A stretch of 63,560 nucleotides of DNA, the filler included, from Octopus bimaculoides (Eukaryota), in NCBI RefSeq assembly GCF_001194135.2. It is 5 parts of 5 records of this genome, joined end to end, with 100 filler letters (N's around TTAATTAATTAA, not from the genome) between each part and the next. Parts side by side here need not be neighbours in the genome. Positions count along the whole stretch, not along the records: positions 1 to 27,507 come from NC_068986.1; positions 27,608 to 50,152 come from NC_069005.1; 3 more parts are not named here. One strand, written 5' to 3'. Below, in pieces: positions 23,130-33,885 of this stretch. Every line of letters starts with the position of its first letter. Positions within the stretch are counted from its first letter, which is position 1. The notes under the pieces are model-generated. The model saw nothing but the letters and a program-made list of their open reading frames with translations, searched no databases and was not told the origin of the DNA. Made by a program: the position numbers and the translations under genes.

Positions 23130-25900
23130 CACTTACTGATGTTGAAAATAAAGATGCGTGGAAGTGCTACAATAAAAAGTTATTAAATATGGAGAATGCA
23201 TAGGAGAAAGAGGGGTTTTCTTAACACGGACCCAACAGAAGAACCAGCTATCCTAGTCAACAACAGTATGAAAGATAAAGCAATCAAAGATATGAAGGCA
23301 AGGAAAACCCCTGGGCCATCAGGAATCATTGCCAAGATGTTTCTAATATCTGGCAGGGTAGTTTATAGCCTAGTCAGCCATATATCTAGTTAATTGAGTT
23401 TAACAGCCAGTGTAGCAATATTGCAGTCAACAGTTACAAGGGTAAAGGAGATGCTTTAGACAGAAGTAATTATAGAAGTGTCAAATTACTGAACCAGATT
23501 ATTACAGAAAGTTATAGTCCAATTAATTATGAAGAGAATTAGGACAGATGAGATACAGTTAAGTTTTGTGTCAAGAAGTACTACTGGTATCTGCTTCCTT
23601 ATAAGATTTAGCTAAAAGTAAGCCATTGTACTTGGTATTCTCTGACCTGGAGAAAACCTTTGACAGGGTTTCTCACTTTGTGATCTGGTGGATTCCGAGG
23701 ATGCTAGGAGTAGACATATAGCTTGTGATAGTCATACAAGTACAGGAGTGTTGTTAGCAAAGTGAGAATTAGCAACAAGTACAGCAATGAATTTGGTGCA
23801 CAGATAAACATTTAGCAATGTTTAGTTACCAGTTCCCTCCAATTTATCATAGTTCTTGAGACTACAACAGAGGAATTTAAGACTAGCTACCCTTAGGAAC
23901 CACTCTATACTGATGACCTCATTTGTACAGCAGAATTTGCATTAGAATTAGAAAAAAATTTCCAGGTGTAGAGGCAAAACCTGGAACCAAAGGGCCTTAA
24001 AGCTAACTTAATAAAGACCAACATTCTAGTTAGTAAGAAAATGGCTCTGCTTGATATGTAGGAACATGTAGAAAAGGTGTAGGTAAAAATTCCATATGGT
24101 ATACTCAATGCAACTTATGGACTCATAGGGGAGATTAACTGAGAAAGCAGGCTTTGTCTGTGGCAGATGTGCAGGAACAATAAACTCTAAGAACACATGG
24201 GAAATAAATTTTCTCGGATGTCCTAAAGGTAGAAGATAGTTTCTGTGACTTAGTGGAGGAAGGATGTTCTAAAAGTATAGTTGCTAGAATAAGCATAAGA
24301 AGGAGAAAGCTCAGAGAGCTATCACTTCTGTTGGTAACAAAAGGGCTTCCTTTCAGAGTAAAAGGCAGATTGTATGATGCTTATGTATGAACAGCAATGC
24401 TTCATGGTTGTGAGAAGGGCCCCATATGCAGAAAATATGTTAAGACTAGAGAGGAATGAAGCTTGTATGCTCTATTGGATGTGCAATGTCAGTGTGCATG
24501 TACAAAGCACAAATCTTGAGAGAAAAACGGGACATAAGAAGACTTAGATGTAATCTGCAAGAAGATGATTTCACTGGTATGCCAGTGTGATGCATACAAA
24601 TGAGAAGTGTTGATTGCTAAGTGTAGATGGAACTTGTGGAAGAGGGAGATACAAGAAGGCTTGGCTTCTTGCTCTTGCTTGACAGGGCTGGAGTCATTCC
24701 AAGTTAGTGGTCCCAGAGGTGTCATCATGCAAGAAGTCGACCAGGTTTACCAGTGCTCTCCATCACTGGTGGTTCCGTGCCAGCCCCTCTGCATCCTCCA
24801 AGGTGATGTTGAGCATCTGGAGATTTTCCCCAATCATGTCCAGCCATCGGGTGCTGGGCCTGCCTTGAGGCCACTTCCAACCCACAGCTGCTGCATCGAA
24901 TGAAAGTAAAGCCCTGGTAGGATGATCTAGTTGGAGACAGTGGACATGTCTGAACCAGTAGATAGCTACAAGGTGGGAGGCTGTGGGCTGATATGTGTGC
25001 GTGCAGTTCTTTGTTGGAAACATGATGGTACCATCTGATGCTTTTCAGCACTCTGCTATCGAAACCTTCGATTATCTTTCCAAGGGTCTTCAAGAGGGGC
25101 CAAGATAAAAAAACAAAAAAAACGAAGGCTGATCTCAAAATACCAAGCCTCATGGATATGACAATGGACCGAGATGAATGCCGAATTGTTGTGCCTGAGA
25201 AAACCTGTCTGAATAAAAGTGAGGTCGTAAAAAGAACTAGGTTTATGTCTATCCCAGTCAAGTCTTCACCACCACATCTTCCAACTATAGCCCCACTCAA
25301 TTGTTATGAGAGCAGAATATGAACATATTTCATCCCCCTTTGTGCTACCAGGTACCTCCCCATTCTTCCTGGAACCATTTGCTGTTAACATCCATCCCAC
25401 ATTTTCAATATCATCCCATTCTGTGCCTCCATGAGATACATCTGAGGATTGTCATAACCTTATCTGTAACATCCTCTCTTATCTGCTATCATTCTCATCA
25501 CCCTCTTATATCAGCTATTTATAGCTTCCTTTGACCTTTGCCCCCCATTCACTATAGCCACCCTAACATACCTAACATCAATCTCTGTCACTGTATATCT
25601 TATTCCAATCACTCCTCCAACCTGCACATCATCTCCATATTTACTGATCTAACTTCAGGTTTATTATGCTGTTAGTCCCTTTCCTTTCTGTACTCCCACT
25701 TGCCACATCCTTCTCCCTAAGCCACTTATATTCTTCCACCCCCACCTCCCTTGCCATATTGATATTTACCACTGACCACATGTCCACCCATGCTTCATTA
25801 ACTACATTCACCTCTACAACCATTTCTAAAGCATCTACACTTCCTGGTTATGTGTTTGTATTCTCTCTAATACACACCTTCTTGTATCAGGAGTGCATCT
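23130..25900 (+). mobile_element. Decayed RTE-clade LINE with pyrimidine-rich 3'UTR, interrupted by a nested antisense LINE
   Basis: KLLNMENA, KAIKDMKARKTPGPSGI, KGKGDALDRSNYR, DLEKTFDR, YTDDL, KGRLYDA..R.AMLHG motifs; homologous to 4800-6130. Confidence 0.88.
24660..25102 (-). mobile_element. Nested 3' fragment of a second RTE-type LINE with a CAAG-like tail
   Basis: WPLLKTLGKIIEGFDSRVLKSIRWYHHVSNKEL / WFRHV..LQLDHPTRALL...W..PQGRPSTRWLDMI...LEDAEGLARN; tail caagcaagagcaagaagccaag. Confidence 0.8.
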
Positions 25901-25923
25901 ATTTGTCTGATTGTGTGTATGTG

Positions 25924-25959
<36 letters not shown>

Positions 25960-26094
25960 TAAACCTTCATCACCGCCACTATCTATCATAAACACCCAAC
26001 ACCCAAACCAATACAATCATTATCATCTCACCAACTCCTTAATGACCAACAACAGTAACATTAGTATGAACAAGTTAAGCAGCTCCATCTAAAT

Positions 26095-26960
26095 CATCAT
26101 CATTTTAATACCCATTTTCCATGCTGGCATGAGTTGGATGGGTTGACAAGAGCTAGCAAGCTGGAGAGCTGCAACAGCCTCCAATTGTTTTCATATGGTT
26201 TCTACGTCTGAATGCCCTTCCTAACACCAACCACTGTACAGAGCTTTTTACATGGCACTGGCACAGGTGCTTTTTATGTGGCACCAGCACAGGTGATTTT
26301 TACATGGCACCAGCACAGGTGATTTTTACATGGCACCAGCACAGGTGATTTTTACATGGCACCAGCACAGGTGATTTTTATGTGACACCAGCACAGGTGA
26401 TTTTTACATGGCACTAACACCAGTGGGGTTGCCAATTAACTTGCAAGACAAAAACCTCTTTGTTGAGAAAGGGAGTGGAACAGAGTAAAGTGGTTGTGTA
26501 CTAGGTGAGAGGTTAGAGTATAATAGAGGGACAAATAATTGTTTTATCCCAAGGAGATATTTGGTTACCCTGGGAGAAGGAAGAGAGAAAGTTAGAGACA
26601 GTCAGAATGAGAGAGGAAAATTGATGACTTGAAGATTTATTAGGGGCCTACCTACAGGGAACAGTGGAGGGAGGAGTATAAGAGGGTGATGTTCAATAAA
26701 AGTGTGAGGAGAGATGTTTAAAGATAGGAAGACATAAGTATAGCAAGTGATGGTGAGGAAAATTGGATTGGCTGGGAGTAAGGTAAATATGTGAAGGCAT
26801 AGAGAATGTGTAGATAGGCACATGAGAGAGATTGGAGGGGCCTGCAGTAGGCATTGAGAAGATGGAATTTAGGCAGAGGCCAGATAATGGGTGTGTGGGT
26901 AGGGGTGGGGAGGAGGGATGGCTGGAATAAGACAAGTTTTTACTCTTACAAAACAATTTA
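26095..26960 (-). mobile_element. RTE LINE 3'UTR copy containing a 26-bp minisatellite
   Basis: (CAT)n tail at ~26095, family terminus, tandem block and purine-rich (antisense pyrimidine-rich) UTR. Confidence 0.75.
26250..26420. repeat. 26-bp tandem repeat GCACCAGCACAGGTGATTTTTACATG, about 6.5 units
   Basis: Units start at 26255, 26281, 26307, 26333, 26359, 26385 and 26411; no spacers. Confidence 0.92.
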
Positions 26961-27116
26961 AGCCATCAAGTGAAATTGAAGGTAGTAGCATGAAAAGGAA
27001 CTGTAAATGTATAACATTGGATATTTAACTAGACCTTATAAAAAAGTGGGAGAAAAAATCAGCTACATTGCCAAAACATTAAAGTTTGCAACATACCACA
27101 AAAGATGTTGACTACT

Positions 27117-27505
27117 CTATGAAGGATGGTGGGAGGATGAGGGACACAATCTTCTAATAGTTCATCAACAGCTATTTGAGGGGTGAAAAACTGGTCCAGA
27201 TGGACTATATGTAATCTGAACCCTAACCCTAACCCTAACACTAGTTTTGTGAGATTTGGCTGTTATTTCTAGCATGTAAATAGCCTGCTTGGTGGGGGGG
27301 GGATTGAAATTTTTCAAAAAATTTTTTTTCAGAATCGGAATCTCCATAGCCTAAAACGTGGGATTCCGTAAAAAAAAATTAATAAATAAGGGGGGGAAAG
27401 GTTCAGATTACATATAGTCCATCTGGACCAGTTTTTCACCCCTCAAATAGCTGTTGATGAACTATTAGAAGATTGTGTCCCTCATCCTCCCACCATCCTT
27501 CATAG
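27117..27505. repeat. Perfect 106-bp inverted repeat (27117-27222 / 27400-27505) around a spacer beginning with CCCTAA hexamers; abuts a gap
   Basis: Base-by-base reverse complement; right arm ends 2 nt before the N run. Confidence 0.85.
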
Positions 27506-27640
27506 ATNNNNNNNNNNNNNNNNNNNNNNNNNNNNNNNNNNNNNNNNNNNNTTAATTAATTAANNNNNNNNNNNNNNNNNNNNNNNNNNNNNNNNNNNNN
27601 NNNNNNNAAAAAAAAAAAAAAAAGCTGGCAGAAATTGAAA

Positions 27641-27687
<47 letters not shown>

Positions 27688-27929
27688 GTCTCCTTGCCTT
27701 GACATTGCGTAATAGTTGTAAGCAAGTGTCACTGTCATACAAGCAGTGTTATTAGGTTTCCATTTCTTCAGTGGGAACCTGTCTGGCCAAGGGGTGGGGA
27801 AATACTACCTTATTTGGAAACGCGTGAGGGTTGATGGCAGGAAGGGCATCCAGCTGTAGAAAGTCTACTTCAACAAATTCTGTCCGACACATGCAAGCAT
27901 GAGAAAGTGGACGTTAAAACAATGACGAC

Positions 27930-28200
27930 TGGAAAGCTAAGCTACCCTTCGTAGGCTTTGGATTAGACCAGTAAAAGAAAGATTAACGACCGTCTGGTAT
28001 TTATTTTCGTCTGCTGTTTAACCATTCCGGCTATCGCTGCCACATTCTCTGATACAACAGTGATGATGATGATGGCTACTTAAATAACTGCGTTTGTCTT
28101 TAGAATTCTTGAAGCGGTTATGGTCGGAATCGGAAGCACGGATGCCTTTTCGAAAAGATTTAAAAATAAACACAGGATTTCTTTCTTCTGTTTAAACAAT
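27930..28200. promoter_or_regulatory. Small CpG-rich unique segment; candidate RTCB promoter or first exon
   Basis: Dense CpGs within CpG-poor surroundings, ETS-like CGGAAG near 28131, position upstream of RTCB; no transcript evidence. Confidence 0.3.
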
Positions 28201-28346
28201 GAAGAGATGAAATATGTCCTATTATATTACTGGTATACATATATACATATATATTAAGAACATTCTATATTTTGTTCTAGGATTAAGTTTCGTTGATTAG
28301 TTTACATTGGAGATAATCATATAGATTGGTTATGGATTTTGTTTCA

Positions 28347-28400
<54 letters not shown>

Positions 28401-28425
28401 GTATGTATGTATATATATATATATA

Positions 28426-28790
28426 TCATCATCATCATTTAATGTCCACTTTCCATGCTAGTATGGGTTGGATGATTTGACTGAGGACTGGTGAAACCGG
28501 ATGGCTACACCAGGCTCCAATCTGATCTGGCAGAGTTTCTACAGCTGGATGCCCTTCCTAACGCCAACCACTCAGAGAGTGTAGTGGGTGCTTTTACGTG
28601 TCACCCGCATGAAAACGGCCACGCTCGNNNNNNNNNNNNNNNNNNNNNNNNNNNNNNNNNNNNNNNNNNNNNNNNNNNNNNNNNNNNNNNNNNNNNNNNN
28701 NNNNNNNGTCTTTTATGTGCCACCCGCACAAGCCAGTCTAGGGGCACTGGCAACGATCTCACTCGAAAATCCTACGGGAGCCACGATAGC
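28426..28790 (-). mobile_element. RTE LINE 3'UTR copy (gapped)
   Basis: Same terminus as 20500-20735 in reverse orientation. Confidence 0.85.
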
Positions 28791-29167
28791 TTTATGAACT
28801 AAGCCTGAAAGATTGCTTGGAGATACATGACAAGTTATATAAATCTATCAATTTAATGTATTTCAAAGCATGAAACTACTAGTAGCGCTTTTGTAATTAT
28901 ATATATATATATATATTAAATGATACTGAATTTATATATATGAATGTAAAAAGTGGTGGTTGTTGGTAATAAGCAGTATTTAGTGAATTTTGTGAGTTTG
29001 GATGAGTTCCTTGCTGTGGAGGCAGAAGAGGAATCTGGTGTTTTTTCAGTATGCCTCTCTGTCTTAAATGGCACACACACACACTCATGTGAGGATTTAT
29101 GTATATTTGTAAGAACAGAGTTAGGAGATGCAGTAATTGCTATTTTAAGAAGTAATGTGTATGTATG

Positions 29168-29610
29168 CGCTTTAAGGACTGTGTTAAGTCCTCATTCAAG
29201 GCCTGTGATATGCAGGACACTGACTGGGAGAACAATGCCTGTCATCGCCACAGATGGAGGAAGCAGGTTAAGGAGGGGATCGACACTTTTGAGAGAGCAC
29301 GTATCCAGCATGAAGAACTTAAGCGAGCTGCGTGAAAGTGCACGGCTCGTATAGTGAATGGGGAAAGCTTGGTCTGCAATGTTTGCAGTCGTGTATGCTN
29401 NNNNNNNNNGTGAAAGTGCACGGCTCGTATAGTGAATGGGGAAAGCTTGGTCTGCAATGTTTGCAGTCGTGTATGCTTGTCAAGGGCAGGGCTCATTAGC
29501 CACCAACGGAGCCACAAATGCAAAATATAAGTTAGTCCTAGAGCACACAATGTTCCTGAAGGTCGGCAATGGTCTTCCTCGGTCACGAGTGGACGGCCAT
29601 CATCATCATA
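29168..29610 (+). mobile_element. 5'-truncated RTE (BovB-like) LINE 3' end with C-terminal C2H2-type finger and (CAT)n tail
   Basis: RFKDCVKSSFKACDMQDTDWENNACHRHRWRKQVKEGIDTFERARIQHEELKRAA*K...LVCNVCSRVCLSRAGLISHQRSHK; loosely similar AATGT(G)TATGTAT flanks on both sides. Confidence 0.82.
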
Positions 29611-30598
29611 TAATGTATGTATATGTATACAATAATATATGTATGTATATAAACTCCAACTAAAGAGAACAGGAGAGATTCATGATCAAAATTATCCGTT
29701 TGGTGCTTAGAGAAGTGGAAAGAGTTAATGATGGTGCTTTGGACATTGTCTGTCTTTGGAGTGAAAAAGTGGATGGTAAACCACCCTAAATTGGAAGAAA
29801 AATATCCAATGGGGAATTGCCAACATGTGTTGCTTGTCTGCACAGTTGACATGTTAATTAGATGAGTTTTACAAAGTTAAGTGAATTGGAATTAACTGTG
29901 TAAAACAAACATAGCACACAACAAATGGCTGGTTAGATCAATATCTGGCAATAAAATGAAGTTTTGGATGCTGTCTGTAATGCTGCAGTGTGTCTATGGC
30001 CAAGAGAGTTTAATTCCCTACAGCTGAGTCGACCTGGCTGTAAATAGGCAACACATTGTGTGTAGTTTATTACTGTAAGCTGCACTGATTGCACTGAAAT
30101 TGTTTCACTGGCTTTCTCTGCTAAGTTCAGTTCCTCTGGTGAGCATCAGTTTATGAAAGACTAGCTTCCTATCCTGGTTGAGATTTATTTCTCTTTCACT
30201 TAACATTGTTGAAAACCAGTTAGTTAACTACTCTTTGGATGCAGGTTGTTTGGAAATGTTGTGTAAATGTAAAAATAAATATCTTTGTGATGAGAATAGC
30301 TTGAAAAATCATCTTAAGTCCTTTTAGATAGTTAAACATTAAAAAAAATTAGCTAATTCTTTTGATACCAGCTTGCATAAAATTCTTCTTCTTTAATACA
30401 CAATTCCATTCTAAAGTGTTTGTATTTACATTAAAGCCATTTCCACAGTTTTTATTCCAATGGTATTTGGAACAAAGCTTGAGAAAAGAGAAATTAATAT
30501 TGGTATATTAAACTGGTGTTTGGAAGCTCAGAGAACAACTGTATATTAAGATGGTTATTTACATTTGATGGATATTTGTCCTCATCTTGTTTGTTGTT

Positions 30599-30644
30599 AA
30601 CACAATGTTTCGGCTGATATATCCTCCAGCCTTCATCAGGTGTC
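30599..30644 (-). ncRNA. Minimal type-I hammerhead ribozyme, family 1, stem III mutated (ACAT instead of ACGT)
   Basis: GACAC-CTGATGA-A-GGCTG-gaggatatat-CAGCC-GAAA-CA-TT-GTGTT. Confidence 0.7.
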
Positions 30645-30710
30645 TTGGGGAAATTTCAAACCTGGGTTCTCATTCCTAAGGTATTTTTTGATGTTATAAT
30701 TTAAGGTCAT

Positions 30711-30770
30711 TGCCTGGAATCAAACTCAGAATCTTGGGGTTAGTAGCCTGTGCTCTTAACCATATGCCAG
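30711..30770 (-). promoter_or_regulatory. tRNA-derived Pol III head (A and B boxes) of the HHR element
   Basis: TGGCATATGGTTAAG...GG-CTACTAA-CC...GAGTTTGATTCC; anticodon-loop-like CT-ACT-AA. Confidence 0.65.
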
Positions 30771-30976
30771 TGGGCAATCATGGAGTGAATTTTAGGGTTT
30801 ATAAATCTAATATTTTCCTATCCTGAAGGCTGGATGGTATATCAGCCGAAACTTTGTGTTAACAACAAACAAGATGAGGACAAATATCTGTCAAATGTAA
30901 ATAATGTACATAATTCCTCATCTCTTGAATATAGAACTGTAATATATTAAGATGGTGTTTGGAACAGTTTCTTAGA

Positions 30977-31021
<45 letters not shown>

Positions 31022-32533
31022 GTGTGTGTGTGCCTTTTATATCATTGTGTATGCCTTGTATTATAAAAATCATTTTAATATACCAAAATATATTTGTTTT
31101 TTTTTTTTGTTATATTCCAATCACCAGTCTTAATAATGAACAAATTTATTTTATTAAATCCCTACAAATTCTTGATAATTTTTAAAGACTTGATTGAAAT
31201 GATGTAAAAGGTTGGAACAAGTCAGAAAATATCCCCCAACAAAGGGTTTAGCAGACAAACGTCCAGGTGTCTGCATTTGAGGATTTATAACAGAGGACAT
31301 GGTTTTATCTAAACGGAGAACTGGTGGTGATAACTGCTGTGGTCAAGGCATTGGACAAGGGGTGTTGTGGCATATTTTTCCCAGTGTTTTGCGGTCTGAT
31401 TTCAATTCCTACTGAGATCGACTTTACCTTTTATTCTCCTTGTTTGTGGCAGGAGGGATGAGGGGAGAGGGAGGACGTTTCTAAACTGCACTGGCCGAGG
31501 ACGGTGGACTTGCGGAACCATTGAGCCATTGGATTTCGTGGTATATATTTTGCCACTTGGCATGCCAAGTTCAAATCACATCGAAACCAACTTTGCTTGT
31601 ATTCCAAGATCCACTTTGCCTTTCTTTCTCCTCATTGTTGGGGTGGAGGTCGATAAAGTACACCAGCCCAGGATGGTGGTCTTGTGGAACCATTAAGCCA
31701 TCGGACTAAATGTCTTGTGATGTTACTTTCAGCTTTTTGTGTTCAGAGTTCAAATCCAACCATAGCCTATGTGTTTGGTAGACAACCTGTTGCCTCGTTT
31801 AACTCCCCCACCTGCTACCCTTGGGAGCCTTTAGTGGAGTCCATTTTGTTTCTTTATTTTTATTTATTTAAAAAAATTTTTATATAAGTGTTTAAGCTGA
31901 GCTTCTAATTCAAAAATACCTTCTTCCTTTCCTCCCTCCCTCCTTTGTTCCTTCTAGATTTGGAGGCTCCGCAAAGGGTCAGGAGCTCTGCCCCTCCTTC
32001 CTGACTAAGCAATAAAAAAAAAAAAGACGTGCTTTTAAATTAGCAAAACAAAAAGGGAAAAAATGGAAACAAAGCCTCAATGAGTTTGGTGGGTGAGAAA
32101 AAAACGAAACAAAACGACAGAAGATGATGCAAGTTTGAAGACCGTTGGTTAAACAAGACACTCGTCTAACAAGGTGTTCAGTGTTCAGGGCTTCACTTGT
32201 TGAAATTCTAGATTTTACTTTTGATGACTTGCAAATATGCACCTGCTGATTACTTTTATTATTGTTGTTGTTGTTGTTGTTGGTATTGTTCAGGGGACGC
32301 AAAGCAAGCAGCAAGCACCTCCCACCACAACCAGTTCATTTGTTGACATTGTGCACACACACACCACACACATTCTCACAAACGCATATGTAAATGTGTT
32401 CATGCATACACTTATGTAAATAACATTTACACACACACACACACACAAACACACACCTACATGTCCACTATCACACAATATGTAAACACATTCACACACA
32501 CTTAACCCACGTCCTTTTGTGTGTATGTATATA

Positions 32534-32567
<34 letters not shown>

Positions 32568-32605
32568 CACCCACACACCCAACATTACATCCATCCAGTA
32601 TCTGC

Positions 32606-32665
<60 letters not shown>

Positions 32666-33739
32666 ATATATGTAAATATATGCACACACATACAGGCAAT
32701 GCCATTTGTACAATCGCTCTCTACTTCTCCTCCCNNNNNNNNNNNNNNNNNNNNNNNNNNNNNNNNNNNNNNNNNNNNNNNNNNNNNNNNNNNNNNNNNN
32801 NNNNNNNNNNNNNNNNNNNNNNNNNNNNNNNNNNNNNNNNNNNNNNNNNNNNNNNNNNNNNNNNNNNNNNNNNNNNNNNNNNNNNNNNNNNNNNNNNNNN
32901 NNNNNNNNNNNNNNNNNNNNNNNNNNNNNNNNNNNNNNNNNNNNNNNNNNNNNNNNNNNNNNNNNNNNNNNNNNNNNNNNNNNNNNNNNNNNNNNNNNNN
33001 NNNNNNNNNNNNNNNNNNNNNNNNNNNNNNNNNNNNNNNNNNNNNNNNNNNNNNNNNNNNNNNNNNNNNNNNNNNNNNNNNNNNNNNNNNNNNNNNNNNN
33101 NNNNNNNNNNNNNNNNNNNNNNNNNNNNNNNNNNNNNNNNNNNNNNNNNNNNNNNNNNNNNNNNNNNNNNNNNNNNNNNNNNNNNNNNNNNNNNNNNNNN
33201 NNNNNNNNNNNNNNNNNNNNNNNNNNNNNNNNNNNNNNNNNNNNNNNNNNNNNNNNNNNNNNNNNNNNNNNNNNNNNNNNNNNNNNNNNNNNNNNNNNNN
33301 NNNNNNNGGATTTATAGAATTTTGAGTAAAAATAAGAATATATTGATGCTTCTAATTTTAGACACATTCAGAATCTTAAAATAAAATATGTAGGCACAGG
33401 AGTGGCTGTTTCCCAACCACATGGTTCTGGGTTCAGTCCCACTGTGTGGTACCTTGGGCAAGGGTCTTCTACTATAGCCTTGGGCCGACCAAAGCCTTGT
33501 GAGTGGATTTGGTATATGGAAACTCAAAGAAGCCCATCCTTGACCAAAATTTAAAATGCTAAAGGGTTCAAGCAATCTGTGGATAAGGTTAATTTGCTAA
33601 GGGAAAAGAAAAGTCTGATATCTTTGAGCAGGGTTCCTTGACCGAAATTTCAAATCTCTAGCTCTTAACCCGTCAGTGTTCAATTTACTATGACGAGTGT
33701 AAAGTTTATTTATTCATATTGTCTTCAATTAGCCATGTA

Positions 33740-33885
33740 TTGTTTCATAGCTTTGAAATTTCAATGATATTGTCCATTTCTAGAATGGCGTTGTAGGGTA
33801 GGTGTAAGAGGCTAGATAGACCTGGCCAGTTTGAACTTAAAAAATAAGGGGCTGGATATGGCTGGTTTTAAATGCTAAAGGGTTA
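33740..33885. mobile_element. MITE fragment ending in AATGCTAAAGGGTTAA; related fragments at 41342-41490 and 13400-13500
   Basis: The opposite terminus TTAACCATTTAGCATT occurs at ~41343; shared internal ctaccctacaatgtcattct. Confidence 0.5.

Larger units (their letters stand above)
30556..30942. mobile_element. Hammerhead-bearing retroelement: tRNA-like head plus HHR on the minus arm (30556-30821), inverted truncated arm on plus (30822-30942), 14-bp TSD
   Basis: TATATTAAGATGGT at 30542-30555 and 30943-30956; the arms are reverse complements over ~75 nt; homologous to 41705-41850. Confidence 0.8.

Noticed and set aside
23909-23920. CTGATGA resembling an HHR core
   Set aside because: Encodes the YTDDL RT motif of the RTE; no GAAA or stems.
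26250-26420. CRISPR-like appearance of the 26-bp repeats and of the RTE UTR units
   Set aside because: No unique spacers, no cas genes, eukaryotic context; these are tandem repeats within a LINE UTR.
27221-27238. Interstitial telomere or chromosome-fusion scar
   Set aside because: Only three hexamers, within a repeat-like spacer; insufficient.
27552-27563. TTAATTAATTAA islands inside N runs (also 50197-50208, 53426-53437 and 62409-62420)
   Set aside because: Identical 12-mer centred in ~100-nt gaps, with stops in all six frames: an assembly spacer, not biology.
29332-29477. Exact direct repeats across 10-N gaps (also 37955-38086 and 39365-39552)
   Set aside because: Unmerged contig overlaps.
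29640-29990. Protein-like stretch next to the BovB-like element
   Set aside because: All frames interrupted and no motif I can assign.
30711-30770. Possible tRNA gene
   Set aside because: No acceptor stem and a shortened D arm; embedded in a repeat, so treated as a SINE head.
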